Assembly (NCBI GenBank): GCA_003344405.1 | Contig: NOWV01000212.1 | Coordinates: 62,001-123,753 of the forward strand | Direction: 5' to 3' | DNA: 61,753 bases | From: Trichoplax sp. H2 | Lineage: Eukaryota | Part shown: piece after piece, positions 12,301-26,089 of the stretch | Position numbering within the stretch: position 1 is the stretch's first letter | Layout: every line of letters starts with the position of its first letter | Notes under the pieces: generated by a model | The model's input: only the letters and a program-made list of their open reading frames with translations | Told to the model about the DNA's origin: nothing | The model's database searches: none | Program-made: the position numbers and the translations under genes

Positions 12301-15300
12301 TTCCATTTTCTCTATTTATATTGCGTATATTTTATTGCTATATAACAGCATGAATCAATTTGACTTTCACAAGAGCAGTTAAACCGAGTGTAGCCATCTT
12401 GAGATATTTGTATATTTATTTCTATAAATTTCATGCGTGAGCTTTTTTGATTTATTTATAAAAATGGTGGTTACGCGAAGTATAAAAAAATCAATTCTAA
12501 ATAGCAAAATACTAATTAAAATTAACCGATAATAATAAAGCAAGATATTGATTTTGCAATTTTAGTTCTATGCCAGCTACTATAAATTAATATATATTAC
12601 ATCATATGATTCAAGTTTTACGTTTAAGATAGTAGGTATTTCTAATAATAAGTAAAGTATTGGTTATTTTATATAATCGTTTTTGATATTTATGGCATAT
12701 GCTGTACTAATACTATTAAGTGCGAAAGTAAACATTCTAGCTGGTATAATAACATTATGCACTATCAGATCTTTTTAGCTTTCATAGATCATGCAATCTT
12801 TTCGAACGGATTACTTCATGTAAATTTAAGAATTTACTCACTACTGAAAGTTTTAGTTAAGATATTTCTATTCACCTTTTTCCATACTTTATTAGCACTA
12901 ACGATGGATACTAGTTGAACAGTGGTTAAGAATAAATTATTTAATTTAAATCACTTTTTTAAAACTGACATCAAGTTTTAAGTGTTTTTTTTCTATCATA
13001 AGTTGAGAGAGATAAACGCCTCGTATATTGTACGGATGAACACGTTAATTTCTACAAGTTTCAGTGTACCTGAAAATTCATAATCAGATTTTTGAATATT
13101 AATCTTGATAAATGCTTATAGCAACCTGGAGGATTACAAATTTTTATCAGTCAGTTTCAGTACTAATTGAGGATTAAAAGCAGAATAATATGTACTAGAG
13201 TATATATATAATTCCTTACATTAATTTTCCAAACCGATTCTACTCAATAAAATAATAAAGACCAATGAAAGAAGGATAGCACCGTATATCATTTCCATCG
13301 GAGTATCGCACGAAGAAAGCAATTTTATTCTATTATACAGCTGTCAAAGATATTGTATTGCAACCATAGTCCATCGCAATGACGTCGCTAATTCGCTTTG
13401 GATTCTTTCTCATAATCCTTTATTCTTGCTCAACAATCATTAACTTATAAAATATACATACCTAAAAATAGGATAAATCAATTATGCCGTTCGGTAAAAG
13501 ACTCTATATTCTCTATAAGATATCGATCTATTGATCCATAATAACAATAGTGAGGGTTATGCCTGAAATTATAGCATTGTTAACAAATAGCCATATTATT
13601 ATGGATTTGATGAACAAAAAGTGATCGATAAAGGTTACAGGACAGGATCTTCTTTATATCTGATATTTATTAATCACGCTATGATTACGAGTAAAGCGAT
13701 ATATTATAATTGAAAGCGTAATGCGTTGATCATTTCTAAAAATGAAATTTCACGAATTATCAAGAGTATATTAATAATTATAACTTAGGGTTAAAATTCA
13801 TATGAATATAATCTATCCAATAAATGTTAGTGCATTATCAATTACTTTCAGCCGGAATTTGATGGACATTTCCTAAACTGCATGCCGAACTTGCATAGGC
13901 AGAACAAATAAAGGTCTATATATATTTACTTATAGTATTGTGTCATAATTTATATTATATAATTAACTCCTCGGCTGTCATCAAACACAAGACGAGCCCT
14001 GTATTATTCATATTTCATTACTCATTACTAATCCATCATTTAATTAAGTACTCTGGTCGTAGTTTTTGCTCCCTAAAATAACTTGGCTATATTCTTAGGA
14101 CCTTTTCTTTGATTTTATGTACAATCAGGCAGCCAAGGTGAAAATAAATGTCCTTCAAAGATCGTCTCTAACGTACCATGATATAGCAGTAAAATTGCTT
14201 ATTCGAGCATAGCATAGATTTACAATCTAACTTATGTCTTGTTCTTACGGTGTTGCCTTGTCATTAGGATAGTTTAATAAGAACAGTAGTAGCTGGTATA
14301 GAGAATATCCATAGTTGTAGTACTAGGTAAGATAAGTAATGCCTTAACGTGAATGTTGTTTGTAATAGTTCATTACATATTTGATATTGATTGTTATTGT
14401 GTGAAAGTTAGCAATATGATGATTGAAGTTCTAGTTGATGATAGTTGAATTAGACAACCTACGAGCTTAGATTAAGATTAAGTATGAGTAAGAGATTTAA
14501 AATATTTACTGATAGAAAAGCTATGTAAGGAACATCTCAGTTCGAGATGTTTCTCCTAGTATGGTATAATAATAATACTGTTGTTGTTTACAAATTAGAG
14601 AAACGGGAACATTTGAGTTAAGTGGTGTGGTAAAAAGTTGTAGATGTATCTTTGCTGATAAAAGTTTCATCTTGACTGTATTTTGCTGTGTGTGTTTAAC
14701 GCTAACTAAAAGGGCGTTTAAGTCAGTAGCTACTTATAGACTTTTGCTGTACGTTACCTTGCCGTAGAAGTGAAATTGTGACACTTGTCCGCTATGCAAT
14801 ATATCAACCATATGATTGGCGCATTACTTTCAATGTTATTTCAGAATGTACTAATGCGTCTTATATAAGATCATGAACTTATGTATACCTGTTGTTGAAA
14901 AAACAGGAATATGCATTTTAAGCTACTTCTGGTAATCTTCCGAAAGAAGAGATCATACTAAAGATAAACTCCGTTTCATTTACTTAGATGACAATATTTC
15001 ATATATGGCTATCTTATATTTGACTAATGTCCTTGCAGTAAATATCTAATTGTATTTTTAAGCAAATATTCAAGTCAATCACTATCCATAAGATACAATA
15101 ATGATTTTGCACTCTAAAATTAGCTTGATTCAACTATAGATCATCTTTACATACATTTCATTGATTTCCTTTGAACATGAAATAAATTATTATCATGTTT
15201 ACGCAATCGATTAATGTAAATATTATTCCAGTCTATCAATGCTAAAATATACTTAACTGTAAATAACTTTCTAGTAAATACTTCTATTCATCGCTGATAT

Positions 15301-17089
15301 AATTCAATAGCTCTCTTTGCTACAATTTTATTTATTTTCATCCACCACTGGCTAGATCAACTATGTTCTTCACCTGATCAGCCCCCTAAAATATATGCCT
15401 ATTTTCGAGTATAAAAGTAATTACTTCAGCTTCGAGAGTATTTTTAAATCTGTTAACGAGGTTTATCTTGCTTTATTATTCACTCTATAGCTCTTACGTA
15501 CCGCTCTAATGAAATTATATAAATGTAATATTATCTCGTCTTTTGTAATTATTTTACTTTAAGCATATTTGTTATTTTCTGAAATTAATCAGCTATGCTC
15601 GTATGCTATTGAACTTAGGCTTTTCGCTTCGCTATATGCGTGCTATTCATTCATTAACAATAGTAAGTTATTAAGGATGATATGTTGCGTTGCTCTTAGA
15701 TATGGAGACTATCGACTAAGCTACTAAGATTTCGGATGAGTGAGGGGGTACTGTATCTAGTAATATATAGCAACCATAAATTCATACAGCACGGTAGTAT
15801 TCTCTAAGGTTTCTCAGTAAGAATTAGAAATAAAGTTAGTCATTCAGTACACTCTTATATTGTAATGGAAATTATGCTGACAGCATCCTGTTTTTAGACA
15901 TTATATTATTACATGATCATGATATAAGGCATATACTCAATTGCTCACGAAGTCGCGATCAAGCAATAAAGTTCAAAGCAATGTTCACAGGTCATTATGT
16001 CGGTATTACTTGTCTTTTACAAAAATCTCATAACTCACAGCATTGATAAAACCTATCATGGTCTCAATGAAATTCTCTGTTTTCTGAGAAAAAATATTCC
16101 AACAGGTATTTTTACATTACGAGTCATATGTTCATAATTTCGTATTTCTATACATTAAATGTTAAGGGTGCTATTCATTCGTTGATGGATGGGTAGTAAT
16201 CGATTCGATCTGATATTATAAAATTCTCCGCTCAAAATTGAATGATAACATTATCAAAGGTACCGTTAAATAGGTTATATTAACGATTGGATTTACCATT
16301 TCGCTTACTGTGTTAATAAATACTTGTTCAAATCTATCAATATTGATATGATGATAAGACCTAAAAACTGTAACAAAGCGTTTTTGCATTTATTTAGTGA
16401 TAGTGATACATTGACTTATCTTTAGCCATTCCACACACAAGAAATTAATATACTCCAATATACCCGATGTTGACTGACTATTTATATTTTAATTGTTATA
16501 CAGATAATTCCCCTTCATTATAATTATTGCATATACATGTTCAATAAAACCCATAGAAGCGAAAAAAGTTCTTTCTTTTTACCTCTAAAGATGAAACGAT
16601 GTCTTGGAATATTTTAAGTAAACCTCAGCTCATAATGCTTCATTTATAATTTATGATAAATTGAGGTCATGTGCTTCATCTCTTGCATTTTCCATAATAT
16701 ATTTCTTGATCTATCAATATTGGTTTGTCGAGAAAGAAAGAAACGGATGTGACTATTTACCCGATGTTAGATAATAATATTAATTCAGATAATAGCAAAT
16801 ACGTGACTCAAGGAACTTATTATTCCTCACAATATTCCTGGATTTGTCCATGCACTCTCTTTGATGTAATATGGGAAGAGTCCTACGCTATTTAACACCA
16901 ATGTTAGCTAATAAGTTCAATACTCGTTTAAGGAAATGATAAGGAATGGTAACTTGGGATTTATGCGTATACGCTAATCTTAGCTAATGATATTTATTCG
17001 TTGCGATTATAACTATGTGAGGGATGAATAATTTATTCTATGAGATATTCCTTGCTCTGTTAACGCTTATTTGATGAAATAACAAGTGA

Positions 17090-17830
17090 TAGAAACTAAT
17101 CCTTTTAAATTAAGCTTGCTCATACTAATATGCCCACTAGTGCTGTTTAATCTCTATGGTAGAGGAAGTTTTGAATTTCTTTCTGGACTAGGATTGCAGA
17201 ATGCTAACGTAATATTTTGTGAAGCTTGCAAATTATGCTTATTCGCGCTTGGTATGCTTACTAATACTATTAATCTATAGCGTAAAGAAGTTCTTATAAT
17301 TCCTTTCTAGACTGGGATAGTAGAATGTTGACGTAACATTGTGTAAGTCCCATTAAATTAAGCTGATTCACCTTTATATACAAACTAATGCCGTTTAATT
17401 ATTAGAGTATAAGAGGTCTTTCTAGACTAGTACAGCAGAATGCTAACATAATATTGTGTGAATCCAATTAAATTAAGCTGATTCACCTTGATATGCAAAC
17501 TTATGCCGTTCAATTACTAAAGTATAAGGAGTCTTTCTAGACTAGCACGGGCAAAATGCTAACTTAATATTGTATGAATCCCATTAAATTAAGTTGTCCT
17601 CGTTGATATGCACACCTCTACTGTTCAAATCACTCTCTGGAGTAAAGGAGTTTTTCAATTTCTTTCTAGACTAAGAGAGAGGAACGCTAAAGTAAAATTA
17701 TGTGAAGCCCATTAAATGAAGCTTATTCACCCTAATAGGTCCACAAACGCATTTTAATTACCAGAGCAAATCATTTTTTCAATTCCCTCTTAAACTAGGA
17801 GAGCCGAATGCTAAAGTAATACCGTATAAA
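17090..17830. repeat. Degenerate tandem repeat, ~115-125 bp x ~6
   Basis: tttctagact.g....g.agaatgctaac.taa.attgtgtgaa.cccattaaattaagct.attcacctt recurs about every 120 bp. Confidence 0.85.
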
Positions 17831-19833
17831 AATCGGATTGTCCAATCTGTGTACGAATGTTAATCAGCAACCATCGATTAATTTGATGAATCAATTTTGA
17901 CGTGTGCTAGCCTGTTTTTATATACATAGCTGTCAAAATAGCATGCCTACCAATCTGATAATAGTGATTACAAAAAGAAATCAATCCATCCAGTACTACT
18001 GTACTAGTTATCTACTCTGTCTTTTCTTAATTCACTACTTTGTACATTGCCTACCTTTTCTCTTGGATCAGGAAGGCTATTATTTGAATATTAATACGTT
18101 ATTGATTTCCTCAAGCGTCCTTTTATCCCATTTTAACCCGTAATAGTATAGATAAACGATTGCCACAAGCTGTCCAGAATATTCATTCTTTCTTTATTAA
18201 CCACTGATCCAAATACAACGCGCCATTTTCTATGGTGTTTCTGTAAGCCAGGGATGGCCTACAATATTCTTCTCCACGATGCGTTCTTCTTCCTAGTGCC
18301 TCTTTTCAACCAATTTCAGTCATCTTTATCCACACTTTTCTCCTCTTCAAGTATTTTAACTAGCTACTGCCTCCAGTATTGATAATATGCATTTATTTTA
18401 AATCAGGCCAAACCTAGCTAGAAAAAGCATTTCGTCAGTTCTTCTAAACTATCCAAATGGCATCATTGATTTCCCATTTGCCGGTTTCTGAGTATCGTTA
18501 AACTGGCGTCATCAAAACCCTTTGCTATTGGTTCGCTAATTGATTTTATGATGTTAATTCCTATTTTCGTAATCCCTCCTATTCCTATTTTCCAATAGGA
18601 ATGCTGTTCTAATTTCAGGAAGACAAATTATTGTCCATTTAAGTGACGTTATTGTGATGTCATGATGATAGACGTAATCGTAATGTTGGCATGATAGAAA
18701 TTAAATGGAGTTGCTCTTGCATCATTGCCAACCTATACTAAATTAGCATCATGGAGTAGTCGCGACAATATTGAATATATTCTCACCTATTACTATGACC
18801 AAATATGATAACTGTCAATTTATTAAGTATACATATAGATATTGCTGGAATAATATTCAATAACGTGAGCTTTTATAAATAGCTACTATAATTGGAATTG
18901 AGTATTGAAAAAAATCGTATTTAAATAAATACTTTAGCAGCTAATCAAATCGTTGGATGATTTTGCAGGGGAGCAGTTTGGAGGTAGGAATGACTAGAGT
19001 AGATTGGTTCTAGGTCAACGCTATTTCAATTGATTGCAGTTATTGCAAGTATTGCTTACGCCATTTTCTTCGATCCGATAGTGCATACAGTTTTTAATTC
19101 TACTTATATAATTAATTGACTTGCACTACCGTCTGTAGCTAGCTTTTAAATACTGTCGATCAGAAGAATTGTTTTGTTAATGAGATTGTGCATAGCCAAT
19201 GGGCTAGCCGATGTTGGTCTAATGGACTAGAATAATTGCAATTAGTATGGATACTATTAATTGAAGACAAATATTGCTGATAGAGTTATTAATAGCTTGT
19301 TCTCATCCTCTAGCTGATCCAACAAGAAGAACTATCCGCCCACCTCAATCTATCCAATCCTTAGCTAGAAAACGGAAGATACAATCTAAGACAGATTTCC
19401 CTCTCGCTGGTTTTTGAGAAGTTGAAGAGAGATTACGCTGTTGCAATGAAGTATGCTTATTAAGTTCGATGCAATCTTGTCTATTGATAGTATCTTGAAT
19501 CCTTGAATTTTCATATCGAGCCATTAAAATGATGAATAATATGCACTAGAATGGCCAATTGATGCTTATGATTCTTGAACTATACTGTTAATTTATGGAA
19601 AAAAATATTTGCATAGTTGTAAAAATCACTATCTCGGGCATATTTGATTTTATTCTCAACTGCATGACTTTCTTTCCCTTGAATGTTCACTTTTTCGCAT
19701 ATTTTTGAATTGAAATACTCTAAGGGAACAAGTTCAGATAATTTGCAGGGTGATGCTTGTCAATTTATATTCCATATTCATTATAACTATTAAATAAAAA
19801 TCAATGCCATTCAATTTTAGATTGTCTTTCGGA

Positions 19834-21494
19834 ATGGCTTTGCAAAACTGGATAGCGGTTATTTTAATAGCGATATTATTCTTCAGCAGCATTAAAGGGC
19901 AAATTGGCCACCCCTCAACTATCTTAAGCAGTCATTTCAATTTGCTGGATAATACAGTTCATTTAATGATGCAACAACCAGTCGCTTCTAATTTTACCAT
20001 GGAAAAACGCTCTTTAGAGGTAAGATTGAGTCTCAACCTTAAAAGTTGATTACTCATGTTGACAGCTTGACGAATGATTTACGATTCCTTATTGATTAGC
20101 ATGCTGCTTGATTCTAAGGTTGGTTACTCAAGTTTAGAGCTTTGATGGATAATTTATGATAGTTTATTGATGGGCAGGCTGCTTGACTCTTAGATTAGCT
20201 GCTCATGTTTAGAGCAATAACGAATAATTTAGGATACATAATTGATTAGCAGGCTGCTTAATTCTACTTTTCTATAGATCTCTTTTTTCATACAAACAGT
20301 TTTGATTCTTTCACTTTTATGTAACTAGCAGCAATGAAAGGATTGCATGACAAATTATAAATCAACTAAGATACTAAATGTATATAGTTAGATGAGCTAC
20401 TAGAATTGCAATTCAAAACTCGTATAATCTCAAATACCAAAATAGCTGGAAAACAGAATTTTCAATACATGAATACATTCATTTTAACTTTGTTTCTTTG
20501 TAGCAAACAAGAGAAATCGCCAAGCCAAATGTCACTGTCTGGATTGCTGGCGATATCGATTCATGCAGCCTACCTGATGAGAACATCAGATCCTTTTGCA
20601 AGATCGAATATAAAGTTCCCACAGTCATAGCCAAGAGGACTTCTCGACTTTTTCAGTTTATTATCAAAAATTTCAAGATTCTAAAATCGCAAATGTTGAC
20701 TGATTGTCTGTACAGCTTGAAGGAAGTGCTCTGCAAAGGAACCCTACCTCAATGTTCTAAAGATACTGTAACCGCTTCCTATTCAAATATTCAACAAGCT
20801 TGTGCACAAGTGCGTTGGTGTACATCGTCTTTTACTAGTCTTACAGATCAAAGTTGGATGCAATCTTGTCAAGTTTCTGGTCAAACATTTGATTTAAAAG
20901 TATGTAAGAAAGCTAATGTAACCTCTATTAACCTACAAAATTGCGGTCCATTACCCAAGCAAATTACATTTCCTACATGGATTATTCCAAATATTGAGCA
21001 GAAATCAAAAAGCAAAGCTCTAATTCGAAGAAGCTATAGTCATGAAGGCGTAAATTCGCGTTGCATTGATAAATGGGTTAATATGTATTGCTTAAGTGCT
21101 CCATTTTGTAGCAGCCATCACAATAAAATTGTAAGTGGAATTACGCAACAGCAATGCCAGTCGGCATTAAACTGGTAAGGGATACGACAAACTAATTTCT
21201 ACTTTCTGACAATCTTTCTGCTGTTGACAGTTTTCCCCTTTACCCTTAAATATCTATCATGACAGCATTCTAATTCCTGCACTTCCATGACAACATTTTA
21301 GCTTACCTGATCGAATTCGAAAATTTCTACTCTTAACGGTCGATTGCAATGCGTATCCAGACGAAAATTCCGAAAAAGAAATTATGTCAAGTGAATGTGC
21401 TTATTCAAATGGTACAGAATCGATCGAAGGCGATAACTTGCGATGGCTTCTTTTATATTTTACAATCGTTTTATTAACCTATATAATTTTGTAA
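19834..21494 (+). CDS. Twin Frizzled-like CRD, putatively GPI-anchored protein, paralogue B (3 coding exons, 349 aa)
   Basis: Exons 19834-20019, 20504-21174 and 21302-21494 have GT-AG introns of phase 0 and 2 at the same positions as in paralogue A. Signal peptide MALQNWIAVILIAILFFSSIKG. All 16 family Cys are present, with VTVWIAGD, LCKGTLPQC, CGPLPKQITFPTW and DCNAYPDE motifs. Ends ...LRWLLLYFTIVLLTYIIL*. Confidence 0.85.
20069..20265. repeat. Intronic tandem repeat, ~76 bp x ~3 (intron 1 of paralogue B)
   Basis: gat(t/g)(a/g)gca(t/g)gctgctt(g/a)a(t/c)tct and tttagagc recur at ~76 bp spacing. Confidence 0.7.
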
Positions 21495-23413
21495 AGGGAA
21501 GCTCTTTCGTGTAGCAGCTTACGCGTAGAATTAATTATTTTTCATCACTTAAAAAGATAAAATTAAAGTAATCGCATATAGGAGAGAGAAAGTAGCATAG
21601 TATTTTTTATAAAATAGAGTAGGTCTCGTTGTTATTTCTACTGAGATGTGACATGAAATATTTAAGCTAATACTCAACTGTTCACACTATTAGTCAGTTA
21701 GGAATCGTAGCTATCAATATCTAAATTCGTCGTAGACATCCATTTAGAGTCAACTTATTGTCGTAATTTTCCTCTATATGGCAAAAATTACGAAAAAAAT
21801 AATCTAGTGAATTTTATCAGATACATTTGATCTATTGGAGAATAATTTTGAACTAAATTAAAGTAAAGTTATTTAAAAAAAGTAAATGTTTACTCTAAAT
21901 GCACTTAAATCATATCTTTGAATATTGAAATAGATTCTGTTTTATATCGAATTTACTTTGCGTTTGCCCTTAGTTAAATTAATACTCTTGACAGTCGCTA
22001 TGATAGCATTTTCTTGGCTTCTGCAAATGCATTAATTGACAAGATATCTATTATATTAATAGCTATAAGATGTAGACATATCTTAATGGATGAATCTTAT
22101 TTATTAATTTCCTATTAGTGACTTACTTAACGTAATAGTCTGATGTATTGATAGATGAATAAATGACATAGACAACTTCTATCTGATTTTAAAGGGCATT
22201 GGATGAGCAAGGAATATTGTAGACTTCTATACTCTACTCTTATTTAACAAAATGTGCTACTTATATGCTAGTTTCCATTATCGTTCAATGCGAACAGTAT
22301 AGCATAGTCTAAAAACGTGAGAGAAATATTCATGAACTAAGGGAGAATAAAAATATCTATAGGATTAGCTATTGCATGAGAAACTAGTAGTTTATCATAG
22401 GAAGATTAGTATAGGTGCGAATTACAAATCTTTGAACACCCGGAAAACGATAGCCTGATTAATTTGCTCCGTATATCGCATGAGTTGATCCTTTTGCTAG
22501 AATAACTATCTATCATTACTAACTTATAGTGATAATTTCCAGTTGTATGGATGTTCTACGCCATCATCATATCAGTTACTGTTTCAGGATATTCAACTAT
22601 CTGAACATAAGAATACTTCGAAATAACACTGTCTACATTTTATTCCTTTCCGAGTAGCTTTATTACTTTACCAACAACATTTATAAATATCCGGCATTGA
22701 AAGACAATCTATAATATTTTTTTGCAGCGAAAGAATCTGGCTGAAATAAATTGTACACATGGCATTGCAATTAAGCAAGTACCCAATATTATGCCTCGTA
22801 ATATTGATAGCTCCCTAATGAAATTAGTTGTGGCCTTTAAATCGATTCAGTATAGAAAATACAGGCTAAATGGGCATCCATGAATGTAGGCGTTTCGGAG
22901 CATGAATATTTACACTGCTCTAATCTTAGATGCTTTTGCAATATTAATCAAACCTTGAGTATTAGTTATAGCAAGTTTTCTTTTTCATTAAAGTAAGTGA
23001 GGATATTAGTATTCTAAAATCATAGCAATACTTATCGATAGAAAAGACTTAGGCAATAAGAACGATACGGTAGCTTGAACGATCATTCACGAAATAATGT
23101 CAATGTTGCCGGCTAGAGTTTGTCCGAATGCCTATTCTTAAAAAACATGGATTGATAGTAGCACTAACTTCTCGGAATGTGGATTGTAGAGGCAATATCT
23201 CATAAATTAGGAGTAATACAAATCATGAGGTAAATTGAACAAGATATTAAAAAAATACCATGCCTCTGTTACCAATTAACATTGAATTAGCCAACTAACG
23301 TGCAATATACCTAAAAAATATGCTCTACTAAATAAATTAATAACATGGGTACCATCGTAAATTATATCCATTGCGAAGAAACTTAAAGCATACGGAAAGA
23401 TTGCACCTAGAAT

Positions 23414-26089
23414 CTATAAAGAAGTGGAGATAAAATACCCTGCAAATAGTAACAGCAAATTCATCATAACTCTGAGAGCACTATTTGTTGCTGAGTAAGC
23501 CTGTTGGCTAGACATCATTAACTTTGTGGACTCTGCTTCAGGAAAGTGAGCACAGCTAAATGATTGCTCAAACCCTTTTCGAAAGACCGCTGGCAAGCCA
23601 ATGCAAGAGAAGGAATTGCCGTCAAGAACCAAAACCTTAACAGTTGATAAATACTACTTCGTGTTTCAACTAGAATAAAAATAATAATCATTTACCATTT
23701 TATGCCTTCTTGGCTTTGCTCTTTGGTGACTCTACCAACAATCTTCGAGCCATCAGCGCTACAAAACGGAACAACATTACAAGTAATGTCAAGCCACTTT
23801 GTCGTACAACTTTTGTTTATATTGGCTTGCATGAAACCGGTCTTTAGGGTAGCAATATTTAGTCTTTGGTAGGGTATATTACTTAACATCCAAGTAGGAA
23901 ATTGAATATCTTGAGGTAAATGACCTCAGGATTGAGCCTCGATGGCTTTTTCTTGTGTAGGTACACATTTAGCCAAATCATAGAGCTGATCGGCATCAAA
24001 ACTTAATGTTCCAGTGTAACTTTTAGAGTTATAGCCAAAAAATGGCCAGCAAGAGCCGACTGTCGTGCAGTCTGTGGTATAATTCTGATAGGTAAAGGAT
24101 GTTGCATCAGCAGAACATTGAGGTAAAGCGGATTTGCACATCATATTATTGACGGCTTCAGCACAAGCCTTGGGTAACTGAGCCTGGATCATGACATAGC
24201 TGTTCATTGCAAACATTAAAAATCGCGATATTCGATTAAGGATAATGGTGGGAACTTTATAACTGATACCACAGAATGTTTGGATGTTGCTGCCAGGTAA
24301 ACTGCAAGAGTTTAAATCAGTTGCTACCCAAACTGTCACTTCATGAGAATGTCGTTTAGCCATCGATCGAGTGGTCTAAATAAGTAATAGTTGAATTCTT
24401 TAAGGAAGTTTAATGTAGCCAACATTGACGAGAAGTCGAGATTTAATGAAATTAAACGTGTAACCCTCTACTTTACCCTATTTTTTAATGCACATCTGCA
24501 GATTAAGGTTGTAAAATTGTATAAATCGAATTTTTGCCGAAAAGACACCATATCAGTAAGGCAATGTTGTAGTTGGCTTAAAGTCGAAATTATCTACAAG
24601 AATGAGTTATAATTTGACACTGCTTGACCACAGTAAAACTATGAAATTATTGTGTTAAGGATACAAGTTTTGGCATAGGAAAATAGACTTGACTGAATGT
24701 TAGATTTACACTTTGCAGTAGTATTTTTAATTTTGAAATGTTAAGATTTGGATTTGTTTTACAGAGGTCGAAACGATCATTTTCTTCCACTTAATCATCC
24801 TAGTCCTTCATTGTCATGCATAACTATCAACTTCTAAATTGATAATCCTCGAAAGACTATAGCTAAGACTTTCATCGATTTCAAGGATTGTCAACGATGT
24901 TGATGAATAATGCTCATTTTACATTTATTACAATTCTACGAGCATGTCAAAATTACGGAAGCAATACACGTAATCATTGAATAAACTGTAAGTGATTGGC
25001 AGACTCGTTCTGAGAGGTCTAGATAGATTTAGCATTGCACGCCTCAAAGATGAAGTAGAAAATAGATTACTTTAAATGACATGAATGGAATGAATAGCGA
25101 GTAGTTTCTGATGTATTAGGAAATGGATTATTTTAACCTATGAGGATGAATTATGCTCAGTTTGGATCTATTAAACTTTGACATGTAGACATGAAGATTA
25201 CCGAAGGAAAAGAAGAAATCATTGAATAAAATGCATGCGATTTGGAAGCTCGTTACGGAGTGATCTCAATGAATTTAGATTCCATGTTTCATTGAGAAAG
25301 CTACCTCTGCTTTGCAAAAGATATAAATGGAAAGAGATAATTTGAGCCGATGTTGATGGATGATGCTCTGCTTGGATTCATTAAAACTTTTACGAACACA
25401 TGAGGATTACGGAAGGAAATAAATGAAAGAATTCAATGTAGTAAAATGCTTTCGATCTCAAGACTTGTCGTTGAGTAGCCTCGATCAATTTCGATGTGAT
25501 GCTTAGCTGAGAAGTTAGCTATACACTCGTTATAGACGAAATAGATTATTTGAATGAAATTTAGTTAAATGGGAGTTAGAGAAATTTTTAGTGTATGTTT
25601 AACCTGCAGTATCGATCCCATTTCAATTTTATGATTATATCAAGAGTGTGTAAGATAGACTGAAATCAGTTCTTCTCTCTTGTGCTAAAATCATCCTTGT
25701 TAATCAGTACAACTTGACTAGTCTCTTTGCAAATAGTTTTGAGAAAATTAATCTGTTATTGCACCTAGAAATATTCGCACTGGAATAATATAAAGTAAAA
25801 TAGCACTATTTCATACTAATTAGAATGGTGGCTGCAGTGGTAATTCTTGGCTTTAGAATGAGACTTTATAGGTAGTACGTAAAACTAGCAGTTTGCTTGT
25901 CATATAGACTGCCATCACTTAGCAAACTTTACCTAAAATGATTACTTTGCTCTTCAACAGAACATCCTTGACTGTATTTAATAACATAGAACCGCCATCT
26001 TGGAAATGATCCTGACTGGAAGCAAGGGCAGGATGGCTACCAAATAAAATAGATATGACTAGAACAGAATGAAGTATTGACTTGAACAT
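23414..26089 (-). pseudogene. Twin Frizzled-like CRD paralogue C, probable recent pseudogene
   Basis: Likely exon 1 at 26089-25946 (MFKSILHSVLVISILFGSHPALA...), exon 2 at 24375-23696 and exon 3 at 23597-23414. An in-frame TGA at 23928-23926 replaces a conserved Cys (EAQS*GHLPQDIQFPTW vs SMYCGPLPKDIAFPSW). The exon-3 acceptor reads GG instead of AG at 23599-23598. Two further conserved Cys are Ser. Confidence 0.8.
24896..25560. repeat. Degenerate tandem repeat, ~210-245 bp x3 (intron 1 of paralogue C)
   Basis: gatg...gatg.at.atgctc....t.gatt.atta.aa.tt....a.a.atg.agattac.gaagg recurs at ~24896, ~25140 and ~25349. Confidence 0.7.

Noticed and set aside
12300..17000. Long AT-rich interval examined for RNA genes or transposon ends
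   Set aside because: No tRNA/rRNA pattern, terminal inverted repeats or transposase/RT motifs were recognisable by eye.
17090..17830. Regularly spaced repeats resembling a CRISPR array (also 36500-38000)
   Set aside because: Whole units are degenerate copies with no invariant repeat/unique spacer alternation. There are no cas genes and the context is eukaryotic.
23926..23928. In-frame TGA aligned with a conserved Cys, suggesting selenocysteine recoding
   Set aside because: The same copy has a mutated splice acceptor and two other Cys losses. The residue is a structural disulfide Cys in a secreted domain, and I saw no convincing SECIS downstream. A SECISearch hit would reopen this.
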